Assembly (NCBI GenBank): GCA_964016885.1
Contig: OZ024741.1
Coordinates: 319,486,001 to 319,550,000 of the forward strand
DNA length: 64,000 nt
From: Eledone cirrhosa
Lineage: Eukaryota
Reading direction: 5' to 3'
A program made the translations under genes and the position numbers. The first letter of the stretch is position 1, and the number at the start of each line of letters is the position of its first letter. Below the pieces are notes generated by a model. It saw only the letters and a list, made by a program, of their open reading frames with translations. It did no database searches and was not told where the DNA came from. Shown here one piece after another: positions 12,145 to 25,762 of this stretch.

Positions 12145-12751
12145 TCTATAATACAAATAGCCTGCAAACAAGCACCATAATACCAAATGCAAAACACATA
12201 CACATAACAAAATCACAACCACACACACGTCAGAACATATCACAACAATACATCAACAAACCCAAATCTGAGCCCATACATAACAACATACAAAACCGCA
12301 TCGCTGAACTGGCACGTAGGAAGGCCTCAAAATGTAACTGTTACCGGATAAGTGCCCACTACAAAATAGATGCCTTGAATCTAATGTAGTGTACCTGTGT
12401 ACTATAAATTCAGGCAACTCAGCATGGCACTACATATGTTCTACGGCGGGGGAGTTAAAAAACGATGGTACGTCCACAGACACTATAAAGAACTGTAAAC
12501 TAATGAATACAATAATGCTCGCCAATAAAATCTGGCAGCTTAAAGATACAAACCAAGAATACAGGATTAACTGGTCTAAATTGTTAGGGGCAATGGCCTA
12601 CCACATTGGTATGTCCCACTGTAGACTTTGTAATATGGAATTATTCCATATTTTAAAATATGACAAAATGCTGCTTAACAGCAAAATTGAACGGTCAATT
12701 TTCTGTAGACATAAAGCAGAAAATAAATTCGATAATTTCAAACCAACTTGA
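12140..12751 (+). mobile_element. Naiad-type PLE remnant (linker and GIY-YIG)
   Basis: KCNC../[53 protein letters not shown]. Confidence 0.85.
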
Positions 12752-13214
12752 TTCGACCCAACAATTTCATAATTCAAATTATATCACCTGAGTCTATTAT
12801 AACCCATTATCATCATTGTTGTTATTATTGTTATTAACTGTCAATGAATCAACATCATAACCTATTATATCTTCTCTCTTTCATTTTCTATCTTTTAATT
12901 TCTTTCCCTAAATATATTTCATCTCTTACATTATAACCTATCATATTATCTTCACTTCTAATATAACTTCCAATTTATTAATTTATTAATTTAAATAATA
13001 CATATATGAATATATTTAATACTTTCATGTTTATACCATCATACCTTTATATTTTAACCACCAACACCACAACTATTTTCAACAATCATATTATGTTCAT
13101 TTTCTTCGTACACATATCAAATTTATTTATTTATTTTTTATCATCTTCGCTATAACTTATTTATTTTTATTTTTATTTATCTTTTTATTTATTTATTTAT
13201 TTATTCTTTTTCCT

Positions 13215-13265
<51 letters not shown>

Positions 13266-13414
13266 CTTTTTTCTTTCTATCATTTTCTTTTTTCTTTTTC
13301 TTTTTCTTTTTCTTTTTCTTTTTCTTTTTCTTTTTCTTTTTCTTTTTCTTTTTCTTTTTCTTTTTCTTTCTTTATTAATGATGTTGTAATTTGAATTTGT
13401 AAACGCTATGTATA

Positions 13415-13542
13415 TTTTATTCACTTATCTGATGATTTGGTTAAGCATACATTGTATTTAAAATTGAGTGACACAACTTCAAGTGATTAGCAATTTTAAG
13501 ACAACAGAATCAATGAAACAATTGTTAATACTGTAAATAAAA
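13415..13542 (+). ncRNA. Hammerhead ribozyme with ~80-nt extended helix II
   Basis: CTGATGA-T-TTGGTT..TTAAAATTG..CAATTTTAA..AATCAA-T-GAAAC-AATT-GTT; flanks TTTTATT/AATAAAA; downstream of the Naiad ORF on the same strand. Confidence 0.65.
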
Positions 13543-13625
13543 CCCTTCTTGTACTGTTGAGCATGTTATTCTTCACTCTTTCACTATATACATATATATA
13601 TTTATACATATACATATATATATAT

Positions 13626-13835
<210 letters not shown>

Positions 13836-13878
13836 CATATATATATATACTACCATTAAAGGCCGGCGTTACCATTTT

Positions 13879-14415
13879 GATTGTTTTTTTTCATATGATG
13901 TTAACATGAAAAATAATTCGCTTTAGTTGAAGTCATATGCGTTTTGACTATGTCAACATGTATTTATCTGAGTTTGATTATTTATACATAGACATACTTG
14001 AAAGTATTTTAAGGCGTATCATACGCTGTATTATAATACTAAGTACAATTTACCGCACCTTACTATATTGTGTTACATTATATTATATTATTGTATTATA
14101 TTATATTATTGTATTACTGTATTTCATTATCTTATTATAATTTTCATCTTTTAATATACTATCTTTCCTAGCCATGACCTTAATTTATATTCACCTAAAA
14201 ACTCCATACAACACAACTCAACATTACTTTTTACATTCCTTTTAAACTTCACTATACCATATACATTCAACTATCAATTTGACAATCCCTTTCTTCCTAA
14301 TAGATTTGTTATAGCAATTCTGTTATTAACACCATTCAACCATTCCTTTCAAAGGGTCATGACCTCAACTAAAGTGAATTATTTTTCATCTTAACATCAT
14401 ATGAAAAAAACAATC
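13879..14415. repeat. Inverted repeat, ~57-bp arms (13879-13936 and 14359-14415)
   Basis: GATTGTTTTTTTTCATATGATGTTAA..TTTAGTTGAAGTCAT versus its reverse complement. Confidence 0.8.
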
Positions 14416-14500
14416 TGATTGGTTAGTTCTTCAACTACCTCCAAACAAGGTCATAGAACTAAACATAACACTAATTTACTACTAATTTTGAATAAAATTA

Positions 14501-14644
14501 TTATTGCTTTTGACAACAGCTGGTGATATGCATGTAAGTAAATATTCTCTTTATCTGATATTTTGTAACTAACCTTACATAGATCGATATCGAAGTATAG
14601 TTACGATGTATTATCATCACCTAGAAACGATCGTAAAGCAGTGA
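14501..14644 (+). ncRNA. Degenerate hammerhead with ~105-nt helix II
   Basis: TTATTGCTT-TTGACAA-C-AGcTGGTGATA..TATCATCAcCT-A-GAAAC-GATC-GTA-AAGCAGTGA; 9-bp helix I, palindromic loop III, two core transitions. Confidence 0.6.
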
Positions 14645-14831
14645 AGTATGTTTCTAATGACTTGATTTTTTATTTCATTGTTTTAACTTATATCATGACT
14701 CTGTTTTCCTTTTAATGTTTTATTGTTTTCCGGGATTTATTTTAACCTACAACATTTTCAACATATGGATTACATTGAGTTCTTCATACAGAGTAGACCC
14801 CACAACTTACCGTGGATATCTGTGTATATAT

Positions 14832-14914
<83 letters not shown>

Positions 14915-15597
14915 TATATATATACATTTACATATATATATATACATACATATATACATATACATACATATACATATATATACAAATACATATATATATA
15001 TATACATACATATAAGTTTGTATATAGACGTACAGTAGTATGTATATACATACATGCACACATATATATATGTACGTATGGGTTTACCGAACATTTATTA
15101 TAATGTTCGGTTTGTTCGTAAACAAACAGCCCGAATTAAGCCGTACAGTGTTCGGCAACTATCGTTGCCCTTTTGTTCAACACTGACAAAGGAAGGATGA
15201 ACTGTCATCAGCACCGTATACCTTCTTGTCAGTCGATTGAACGTTTGAAAGTATATACTTTCCTTATGCATATTAACGGCTGAGCAGCCTAATTTGCATA
15301 TCGAGTGAGTTAGTCGGCCGGGCGTACCGAGAACGATAAACGGAAAAAATGAAATTTCATTTCTCACTCTTAGTACGGCTGATACTTAAATATAAGTATG
15401 TATACGTACATACTAATACGTATACAGACGTACAGTTGTATGTATACACATACACGCACACATATATATATATATGTATGTATTGGTTTACCGAACATTT
15501 ATTATAATGTTCGGTTTGTTTGTAAACAAACAGCCCGAATTAAGTCGTACAGTGTTCGGCAACTATCGTTGCCCTTTTGTTCAACACTGACAAAGGA

Positions 15598-15640
15598 ACG
15601 ATGAACTAGTTTCTAGCTTATTAGCTGTCATCAGCACCGT
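15598..15640 (-). ncRNA. Type I hammerhead ribozyme (427-nt family)
   Basis: Same sequence as 8794-8836. Confidence 0.85.
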
Positions 15641-15960
15641 ATACCTTCTTGTCAGTCGATTGAACGTTTGAAAGTATATACTTTCCTTATGCATATTAAC
15701 GGCTGAGGAGCCTAATTTGCATATCGAGTGAGTTAGTCGGCAGGGCGTACCGAAAACGATAAATGGAAAAAATGAAATTTCATTTCTCACTCTTAGTACG
15801 GCTGATACTTAAATATAAGTATGTATATGTACATACATTTATCGTTTTCGGTACGCCCGGCTGACTAACTCACTCGATATGCAGATTAGGTTGCTCAGCC
15901 GTTAATATGCATAAGGAAAGTATATTCTTTCAGACGTTCAAACATCTGGCAGGAAGGTAT

Positions 15961-16003
15961 ACGGTGCTGACGATAGCTAATAAGCTTGAAACCAGTATAT
16001 CGT
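15961..16003 (+). ncRNA. Type I hammerhead ribozyme (427-nt family, variant)
   Basis: ACGGTG-CTGACGA-T-AGCT aata AGCT-T-GAAAC-CA-GTA-TATCGT; substitutions spare the invariant core. Confidence 0.85.
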
Positions 16004-18009
16004 TCCTTTGTCAGTGTTCAACAAAAGGGCAACGATGGTTGCTAAACACTGTACGGCTTAATTTGGGATGTTTGTTTACAAACAAACCGAGCATTATAAT
16101 AAATGCTCGGTAAATCCATACGTACATATATATATATATATATATATATGTGCTTGTATGTATATATATACATACTACTGTACGTCTGTATACATATATG
16201 TATGTACGTATACATACTTATATTCAAGTAACAGCCGTACTAAGAGTGAGAAATGAAATTTCGCGTCCTTTTTTTCTATTTATATATACAAATATACATA
16301 TATATATAATATTAAGGATACTATTTATAGTTATGTATATTTTAAACTTTTTATAGTTATGTATATTTTAAACTACAAACAGGGAAGGTCAGTAATTTAT
16401 TACTACCTTATTACCAGTAAGATAAATAGCTCAATGTAATAACATCAGTTGTTCTACAGAGCAGTTATATAGAATTCACAAGAATCAAAGCTATGTTCAA
16501 AGCATTTATTCACTTACAATTGTTTCATCCAAACCTTCGGAGCATTGTTCAATGCTTGTACATATAATTGACCTCCTATCCAACGCAAGAGACATACATA
16601 TACATATATATATATATTGATGTACAGTGGAGTGACATATATTATACTATACTATATTTGTACAGCAATTCAAATTTAAAATCAAAATCAAAATTAAAAT
16701 TAAAATTAAAATTCATGCGGCAGATAACACAGATAATGTAAGAGGATAGTTTGATAATCAGATCTAGTAGATAGTGTATGCGTTAGTCACACATGGAGCA
16801 TGCAAGTGTGTCTCATTTATATACGATTATTGTGTGGCAAGGTGTTACATGTAATGCAAGCACCTTAAGCGGGTAAGCAAGAGTATTATGGTGGTTGTAG
16901 TGGTAGGGTATTTTTTGTATAGATCAAAAAAGTATGTGTGCAGAAAAAGAAAAAGAAAACGAAAAAGAAAATTATAGTTTTCGCATCCACCACCATTTTC
17001 ACAATCAGAAAAAAGGAAGGTATCGTTTTTACATCCATCACATAAGTTACGATGATTTCGTATTGAATGTTTGATGCATTAAATTATTGTAGCGTATTGA
17101 GGCTCAGTGTTATTTAATCCATATTTATAGAATAGGTTCTTACTGCTGCGAGAATTTACAGTGGTTTATTACCCGGAAGTAGGTGTGTAATTAAGGGGAG
17201 TTAATGCGTAAGGGGAGGTAACTAGCTGATTCTCATAACTAAATTCATTGTTCTAACATACATTATATCTCAATTGAGTCCCTTATATAAAAGGTTATAT
17301 ATATCTAATTTTCAATTTTAAATACAGTCTACTCTTTCATAATGTACTAAAGGTATCTATAGTAAGTTGATTACTCTTTATTATATAGCGCTATAATTGA
17401 ATTTCCCACACAAAGTGCTATATCTTTATATCAAAATTCACTGTAAATACAGTCTACTCTCAAAACATATCAGAGGATCAATTAGAATTTTGTCTACATA
17501 ACCCCTGGTAAGCTATGGAGCAGCGTACGGCTGTTTGCATGATAAAATCAAATACATCTCTTGGGTAGACAAATACATCCCTCATTTACAATGCCATTAA
17601 TCTATCCATCAAGTTATACATGCATATATAATTCATATATAATTCATTGCACCACCCTACATATAAGTTAGACAGATCCCTTATGTTAATAAATTAATCC
17701 TATATATATATCTAATGTTATTACTCCATACATTTAATTACAATTGCATATATAATTCACTGCCGTATCTAGTATTTAAAGTTTATATAGACTGTATTAT
17801 ATTTCTATCCCTATATAATTATAAGTAATTGAAAGTAATTATATTAAAAGTTGGTGTTTATGGGGATATTTCTATGGTATAAAGTTATAGATAGATAGAA
17901 TGATTTGTGTCGAGGGAAGGGTGTATCAGAGAGTGTGGTGTAGTGGTGGAAGGCATGCCCTTGAGGTGTGGTGTTAGAAGCGGTGATGGGTTCAAGTCTG
18001 ACATTGTTA

Positions 18010-19300
18010 TATATTGGATTTAAAGTTTTGGAAGGAGTGTCGGAAGCGGTGCTGGCACGACGCAAACACTTCCGATTTTTTATTAAGGAGGTTAAGGTTC
18101 GAAAAAATTATAGTATGGGTCTCTAGTAGACAGAGGTTACATCATTTATTAGGTGTTCTGTACGATGCCGCCTTACCTATCACTTCCCATTGAAGTGTAT
18201 ATGATCTATTTCTAGTTTTCAGATAGTGTATGTAGCTAGATAGTGAAGTGGAGTTGGCTAGACTGCGTTTTTGGAAAGAATGGAGATGTGAATTGTATCT
18301 GGTTTTGAAGCAGTTCGAAGTAGAGTCTATATAGGTTTCAGAAGAGTTGCTAGTTCTGACCGTGCATGAGTAGATGATGTCCTTGATTAAGCAGTTTTTA
18401 CCTAAAGGGCAGGTTCTATTAGATCTACAGTTACAATTATTTTGGATGTTAACCTGTCGATTATTATGTTGTGTAGTAGTCTGGTTGCTAGGTATTGCAT
18501 TATGGCTATGGTGGTGGTCGCTCCCAATGTTATTGATTTCATTAGTGTTATTACTATTATTACTATTGATATCAGGGTTTGCAGCTATTGCGTTGTTTTG
18601 AAAGTTTACCCCTTGCTCTGTTTTAGTTTGTTGAAAGTAAGTATTAATCTTTCTTTTATTGCTACTAGCTATGTGGTATACTATGTTAGGCGTGGTAGAG
18701 TAGGAGATTTTAATGGTGTTTTTATTTATAAGACTATGGTACTTGTGGCCAGATGGGAAGTTTCTATCCAGGAGTGAGAAGAAAGCCTTAGGTAGGTTGG
18801 TAGAGACGTTTAGATTGAAAGGGGTGTTGAAAAATGTATTAGTTCTTCTTCTATTTTTGTTTTTTATATCTGTTGAGGTGTTTCCGTTTATGGTATTTTG
18901 GTGTCTTCTCTGGTGTGAGTTACGCCTGTTGCTACCCTTCGTATTAGTGTGTGTGTGGTTATTACTCTTATTACTATTTTTCCTCATGGACATATTGTGA
19001 GAAATAATGTTGTAACTATGTGTTTTTATAGGTAGGAACTCGATCTCATTATTATGGCCTGATTATAGTATTGTGAGGTTTTGCTAAATATGGTTTCGTC
19101 ATAAGATAGATTAGAGATTCTATTGGATATTCCTTTAGAGATAGAGTTTAATATTGATCTAGGGTGGTTAGACTTGGTATCTACGTAAATTAGTTTTTCG
19201 TTAGGTTTATGGAATAGTGTATATATTTTAGAGTCTAGGTAAAGGGTAGCATCAAGGAAGTTAACGTTTTTAGTGTTTTTGTCTATGGTGATACTTAGGT
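18010..19300 (-). mobile_element. Naiad-type PLE remnant: RT C-terminus, linker and GIY-YIG
   Basis: VNFLDATL..FHKPN..YV..SNHP..RISNLS; FFNTPFN..TN..FP..HKY..NKNTIKISYS..PN; CNCRSNRTCPLGKNC; IIYSC..YIDST..FKTR..H; NK*CNLCLLE. A half-HHR (GGATGAAACAATTGTA) lies downstream at ~16505-16541 on the minus strand. Confidence 0.92.
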
Positions 19301-19310
19301 TATAGTTTAA

Positions 19311-19362
<52 letters not shown>

Positions 19363-19500
19363 GATATACATATATACATATATATACATATATATATACA
19401 TATAAATACATATATATATATATACATATAAATACATATATATATACATATATATACATATATATATACACACATATATATATACATATATATATATATT

Positions 19501-19580
<80 letters not shown>

Positions 19581-19598
19581 TATATATACATATATATA

Positions 19599-19668
<70 letters not shown>

Positions 19669-19699
19669 GAAAAAACCACAGACCCTCCATCTCAACTCA

Positions 19700-19737
19700 C
19701 CTTTTGAAAAGCAGAAGAACTGCGAAACCGGTAAAGG
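19700..19737 (+). ncRNA. Degenerate minimal hammerhead
   Basis: CCTT-TTGAAAA-GCAG aagaa CTGC-GAAAC-CG-GTA-AAGG; helices intact, core has two transitions. Confidence 0.6.
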
Positions 19738-19868
19738 AACCAAATAAATATATATATTTAAAAAAAAAATAAGACTCCAGTTGCATTTAAGATTTCATCT
19801 CTTTTTCTTTATACTTTCACTCGTGTAGGACACCTCGGTTATTTTTCATTTTGTAAAAAAAACCTCAC

Positions 19869-19927
<59 letters not shown>

Positions 19928-19932
<5 letters not shown>

Positions 19933-20584
19933 ATAGGATATACGTTCCTTCACGCACAAGGCGCCAAGGTACGCATGTATTGTCCAACCAAATGCCAGTG
20001 TGGCTCAATGGCGGGTTAATAAATTAACGAGCCAGAACAAATATAAACAAGGTTTAGCAAATAATGAAAAAGTTTCAAAATAAATTTTAAAAAATTGACT
20101 TTACCTACTATAGTTACCTTTACCGATCGGTTTCGAATCCCAAAAATAAAACGGAGACCATACGGCCTTCGTTGCAAAGAAAGATTCTCGTCAGAAGGTT
20201 CTTTTCATTCAAAGAATATAAAATTCCTGAATTTAAATCACAGACTAGCGCTATCAAAACTGTTCCTGGGATGAGAGTGGATGATGTAGAAACAGGTTTA
20301 TCAAGGGCCGAAGCAAAGATAGAGGCAGAAGGAAGGTAGGTCAAACTAGCCACAGCTATTGCTAGCAGCAGTCGAACGACCAAATTTGTTCTTAACATTA
20401 GTGGAGGTAGTAGTAATAGGATATACGTTCCTTCACGCACAAGGCGCCAAGGTACGCATGTATTGTCCAACCAAATGCCAGTGTGGTTCAATGGCGGGTT
20501 AATAAATTAACGAGCCAGAACAAATATAAACAAGGTTTAGCAAATAATGAAAAAGTTTCAAAATAAATTAAAAAAAATTGACTT
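19928..20584 (-). mobile_element. 483-nt HHR-containing unit with 174-bp terminal direct repeat (pLTR/retrozyme-like)
   Basis: 19928-20101 is repeated at 20411-20584; an intact HHR lies between the repeats. Confidence 0.8.
20116..20199 (-). ncRNA. Type I hammerhead ribozyme, canonical core
   Basis: Minus strand: ACCTT-CTGACGA-GAATCTT..GGGATTC-GAA-ACCGATCGGT-A-AAGGT; GUA site, palindromic helix III. Confidence 0.85.
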
Positions 20585-20589
20585 TTTTA

Positions 20590-20936
20590 CTACTGCGTCC
20601 ACTAAAACTTATATTGGATCAACTTCCACCCCTTTTAAAACCAGATTTAACTCTCACCAGTGTACATTTAGACATAATAAACTGAAGAATTCTACCTCCT
20701 TGGCAGCGCACGTCCACAATTTAAAAAATGCACGAACACAGTACACCCTCACTTGGCGGCAAGTTGCTAAATCCCATCCATATACTCCTCATAATAGAGT
20801 ATGTAACCTATGCCTTACGGAATCCCACTCTATTATATTTGCCAAGTACTCCCCACTAAATAGAAAGTCGGAAATATTTTCCTCATGCCCCCACCGGATA
20901 TTAAGCTCTTTCTTTTACTTTAAGCCTATTAGCTAG
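20590..20936 (+). mobile_element. 5'-truncated Naiad-type GIY-YIG endonuclease ORF end
   Basis: TYIGSTSTPFKTRFNSH..F..STSL..W..CNLCLTE..LNRKSE..CPHR; followed by ~2.5 kb non-coding DNA ending in an HHR at 23475. Confidence 0.9.
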
Positions 20937-22506
20937 CACTTTCAGAATTCTCCAGTTGGGTAATCTAGTGTATTTGTCTCCTATTGTTTGTCTTGTTTGT
21001 ATATGTGTCTGTGTGTATGTATGCCTGCATGTGTATATGGATTTTGGATATCGAGGTGTATACGTGAGTTGGTGTATATGTTAATAAGCACCCTTGTTCG
21101 GTACAGTGGATGTGACCCTTCCATACTTGCCCAGCCACCGTGTGTGTGTTTGTACATTTGTGGGTCTATCCCAACGTGTATTGTATGGATTGGTACCTTT
21201 GTATGCTCATGAGTTGTGATGTAATACATCTATGTAGAGTGTGTACTGCGTTATAAGATGCACAATTGATTAGATTTAACCTGCCCCTCGCATTTTAGTT
21301 TATTTAAATTACATTGTTGACTCGTGGTGAACCAATGGGCCTGTGCCCATATGGGACGGAGATTTAGCCAGTCACTGTGAGCTGACCTGTGCCATCTCGC
21401 CGTGGGCGGTAGATATGGAGTATATGTATGTGTTACCCTCCTATTCTGCGGTTCACAGTCTACACGCTGACTTTGGGGTGTTTTTTGCCCGGTGTATTTT
21501 TGGCATAGTTGGTCTTCCATAGATTGACGCTCTGTGTTATTCTCCCAAAAATAACGTTTTGGCCCCGATAGCCTTCCGTATTTATTAACGGTTTGTTTAT
21601 AATTAAATCTGGTGACTACACGTGGGAATACGCTCCTCATAAGGTTGTATTTTGGAATATTCTGTATATATGTGTACGTATACTGTCTCTGCATATACAT
21701 GTCTGTGTGTATGTGTGTATGTATAAGTATACATATACTGTCTCTGGACTAACCCTAATGTTGTGTACATTCTTGTGATGCCTGATTGTTGCTCAATGTT
21801 GTGATTTTGTGGTTATCGGCTTTGGAAGCTATTTGTTATGCACTGTTGTTGAGTTTTCTTATATTATATTAAATGGTATGCATAATAACCTGCTTCACCT
21901 GACTGTGTTTTACCACCTGCACTTGCCTGCTTCTGCTCACTAATATTCACTAATATGCGCCTCAGTTATTTGCCTCTTGATGTTCGTGCTGCTGTATATG
22001 AATTTGCCTGCAACCTTCCCAGCATATGCTCCTGCTTGTGATATGGATACACCTTGTTGACCAGTTAATTCTTGCCTGAGTGCTCAACTCTATGAATGCA
22101 CATCTGTGTATTGAACTTTGTAGTGTGAACTTTTTCGGATTGCCCAACCGCTCAACTCTATGAATGCACACCTGTGGATTGAACTTTGGAGTGTGAACTT
22201 CTGGGACTGTCCAACCTGTGATGTTTCCATTGCATTGTAATGGTCAACTCAATCTAGTGCGGACATAGCATCTGTTCATAAAAAATCTCATTCGAACACT
22301 CTATTGTTGAACTGCGGCTAACTACAACACCTAAGGCGTTCGTGTCCTGATATATTCCATATATCACCATGAGTCAACACTAGTGTCACCTTAGGATTTC
22401 TATAATAATATTATTATTACATGCCCTAATAATTACCATCTTGATTACCCTTATTACATCTTTTTACCCCCAGTTACATCTTTATAAATATGCATTACTT
22501 GGACTG

Positions 22507-22568
<62 letters not shown>

Positions 22569-23209
22569 ATATATACGTCTCTTTTATATATATTTTTTAT
22601 ATATATTTTTGTATATATATTTTTGTGTATTTTATATGTTGTACGTATATCACTTGTTGAACATAGCTTGATAGCTTATGCATTTGCCAGTCTTATCTTT
22701 ACCCACACCTTCCTTTATGGTGTATATTTTACTCCATTTTTTTTTTTTTTGGTGCATTGTTTTATTTATCTTCTGGTGTATATTTTACTTTACTTTATAT
22801 TATTTTATTTTATTTTATTTTATTTTATTTTATTTTATTTTATTTTATCTTATTTTTTATCTTTTATCTATTTTTTATCTATTTTTTATCTATTTCTTAT
22901 CTATTTCTTATTTATTTTTTATCTATTTTTTATCTATTTTTTAATCTATTTTTTATCTACCTCTTATCTATTTTTTATCTATCTCTATCTCTTAACTTGT
23001 GCCCATCCGTCTATGATATGTTATTTGTATTAGTGTATACTGTATGTGTTGCATACGGGTGCTTGTGTGTAGGTGCATGCGGGTGCTCATGCTTATGCAT
23101 ATAATTGTATGTAGCTGTATGTTAACGTAACCCTGCCCAACTGTGAGTGATAACATTTCTTATTTTTTATTTTTTATTTTTTATTTTATTTTTCATTATT
23201 TTTATTTTA

Positions 23210-23271
<62 letters not shown>

Positions 23272-23474
23272 TTTATTTTTATTCTTAATCTTATTCTTTT
23301 TTTTTTATTCTTAATCCTATATTTTTATTTTACTCTTCTTATTTTACTCCTTTTATTTTACTCCTTTTATTTTACTCCTTTTACTTTACTCTTAAAACTC
23401 CTCCCAACTTATGGTATCCCCACATATATTCTTCTGTTTTGGCTTTGTCAATGCTTGTATACTATGTATTTACT

Positions 23475-23533
23475 CTTTATGCTCTGAAGAGTCCCACTTC
23501 TAGTGTGGACGAAACACTGTTAGCAATTAAAGA
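23475..23533 (+). ncRNA. Type I hammerhead ribozyme
   Basis: TCTTTATGCT-CTGAAGA-GTCCCAC ttcta GTGtGGAC-GAAAC-act-GTT-AGCAatTAAAGA. Confidence 0.8.
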
Positions 23534-23567
23534 TATACCTATGTTCTAAGCGCTCTTTGTTGTTATT

Positions 23568-23737
<170 letters not shown>

Positions 23738-24023
23738 TATATATATTTCAGTAACAGCCGTACTAAGAGTGAGAAATGAAATTTTGTTTCATTTTTTCCG
23801 TTTATATATATATATATATATATATTTATATTTAATAATCTCCCGTAAGGTTGAGATTAAATTTGGCGATATTTGACTGCGCTTTCGAGCGATAGGCCTA
23901 CACGCCGTCAACAGCCAATCACATTCTTTCCAACTTGACCACGGCCATAGTGTGATTCTTAGCCATTTTTTAATCCAATTTTGGCGCGAACGGCTTGGAA
24001 TACTAAGTGTCTATTTTTGAGTT

Positions 24024-24103
24024 TATCTTCTGATGATTCCGAACTCAATGGATTTCCTATTAATAGGATATCTAAAAATACGGATGAAACCATGGTAGGG
24101 ATA
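24024..24103 (+). ncRNA. Type I hammerhead ribozyme with extended helix II
   Basis: TATCTT-CTGATGA-T-TCCG..TCCTAT ta ATAGGA..CGGA-T-GAAAC-CATG-GTA-GGGATA; the downstream part of its host unit recurs at ~38690-39000. Confidence 0.82.
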
Positions 24104-24483
24104 TAGTTACGGTATGTACACAGTTCTTCTATGTTTGATTTTACACCGAATTGCATATGGTTAATTATGTACGTGGTCGATTTATGCATGCTGTCGAAAT
24201 GTTGAATAAATAACCTGCTGTGGATACCGCGAAGAAGCCACTCTCGTTTATTTGTCGGAGATTTCTTCATAGGAGCTTTTATCCTTATGGCTTAGTATAA
24301 TTGATTTTTTATATGGTTGATTGTGCTGTTTGGCAGAGAAAATGGAGTATATATTTTGTTTATCTAATAATTCTGTAGACATGATTTATGATAATATATT
24401 GCTCTGAGTATTTAATTTATTAATTCTTCATAGAGCTAAAAAGTGACCGGTTGTAACATATATAAATTTATGTATATGTAAAC

Positions 24484-24566
<83 letters not shown>

Positions 24567-24569
24567 TAT

Positions 24570-25296
24570 ATCATCATCATCAGGTCGAACTTGCTCGGCT
24601 TTCTACGACACGTTTCCTCCATCCATCCCTGTCTCTCATAGCGTTTGCCAGTTCTTCCGCAGTGCATCCAGTATCGTCCTCAAGTTGCTTGACGTATGTC
24701 TTCTTGGGACGACCAACGTTTCTTGCTCCATGAGATGGACTCCATAACAACACATCACCTGCTATTTCTTCCTTGCTGCGCCAACAGTGGCCAGCAAATC
24801 TGAGTCTCTGTCCACGTATTGACCTGCTGATAGGTGGTATATTACCATAGAGATCCTTATGTGTTGGGTGTTCCCTCCAAGACACGTTTAAAGCAGCACG
24901 GAGCATACGTGTGTATGCCCCGTCTAGCCTTTTCTCCAGTTTCGACGTTAGCGTCCAAGTGATAGAGCCATAAACAAGCACAGATTCCACAGCAGCTCTG
25001 AAGAAATTCCTTTTCAGTTTGGCCGGCAGGTTTGATTTCCATATCTTTTCAATTGCATTCAATGCTCCCCAGGCTTTTCCCAGTCTGATGTTAACATCAT
25101 GTTCTGTGGAGGCGATATAGCTACCCAGGTATTTGAAGTCGTCAACTTGCTTGATTATATCGCCGTTTAGACTTCGCATACCAACTGAGGAGTCTTGTAT
25201 CAGGCAAATATATTCTGTTTTGCCTGCGTTGACATAGAGTCCAATTTCCTTTGCAACTGATTCGATGCTGTGAAGTAGTGATGTTGCATCCTTAAG
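24570..25296 (-). mobile_element. RTE-clade LINE 3' fragment (RT thumb) with (GAT)n tail
   Basis: [46 protein letters not shown]. Confidence 0.9.
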
Positions 25297-25682
25297 GTAT
25301 GTGAAATTCAGGGAAAAACCAATAGAGCCTTAATTCAGAATAAAATAAAGTCTAAATACTCATCCTACAATTTGGAAAATCTGCAAATGCTCTGTATAGT
25401 CTTAAAAATACTATTTCACGAAACTTTCAGTGGGGATGGTCACGGTTGGAGTCGATCGTCAACAGAGCTCAAAATCCGATAACCCTGGAGCCACTGTAGA
25501 ATATGCCAAAAGGGAATTTAAAACAGGCTAGTTTACATCATGCGTAATTATGAAAATAACGCACAAGGGACCAGATTCGCTAAGGTGAAAAGAATACTAA
25601 CTATAGACAATAGGGTTCGCTTGACTCAATTTAAGAATAAATCAAGAAAATAAATACAAACCGGAATTGAGGTAACTACCAA

Positions 25683-25762
25683 TCACCCAGACAGCTTTGG
25701 TAATGCTGTTTCGCAAAATTTATTGTGAAGAGGAATGCCAATTCTTGCTCATCAATGGGTGA
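25683..25762 (-). ncRNA. Type I hammerhead with stable 5-bp helix III (U3 variant)
   Basis: Minus strand: TCACCCA-TTGATGA-GCAAgAATT..AATTTTGC-GAA-ACAGC attaccaaa GCTGT-C-TGGGTGA; GUC site. Confidence 0.78.

Larger units (their letters stand above)
15011..16285. mobile_element. Second array of the 427-nt HHR monomer: two tandem copies plus one inverted copy
   Basis: Copies at ~15011-15390 (HHR partly deleted), ~15391-15835 and inverted ~15838-16285. Confidence 0.85.

Noticed and set aside
18142-18144. In-frame TGA in the Naiad endonuclease as possible selenocysteine (some Naiads encode selenoproteins)
   Set aside because: The context NK*CNLC places the TGA at the residue before the CxxC, not at a conserved Cys. 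It is more likely CGA-to-TGA decay, and I recognised no SECIS. The same applies to the TGAs at 1509, 1984 and 2036.
20120-20491. 123-aa hydrophobic ORF
   Set aside because: It lies inside the 483-nt HHR repeat, overlaps the ribozyme and has no recognisable domain
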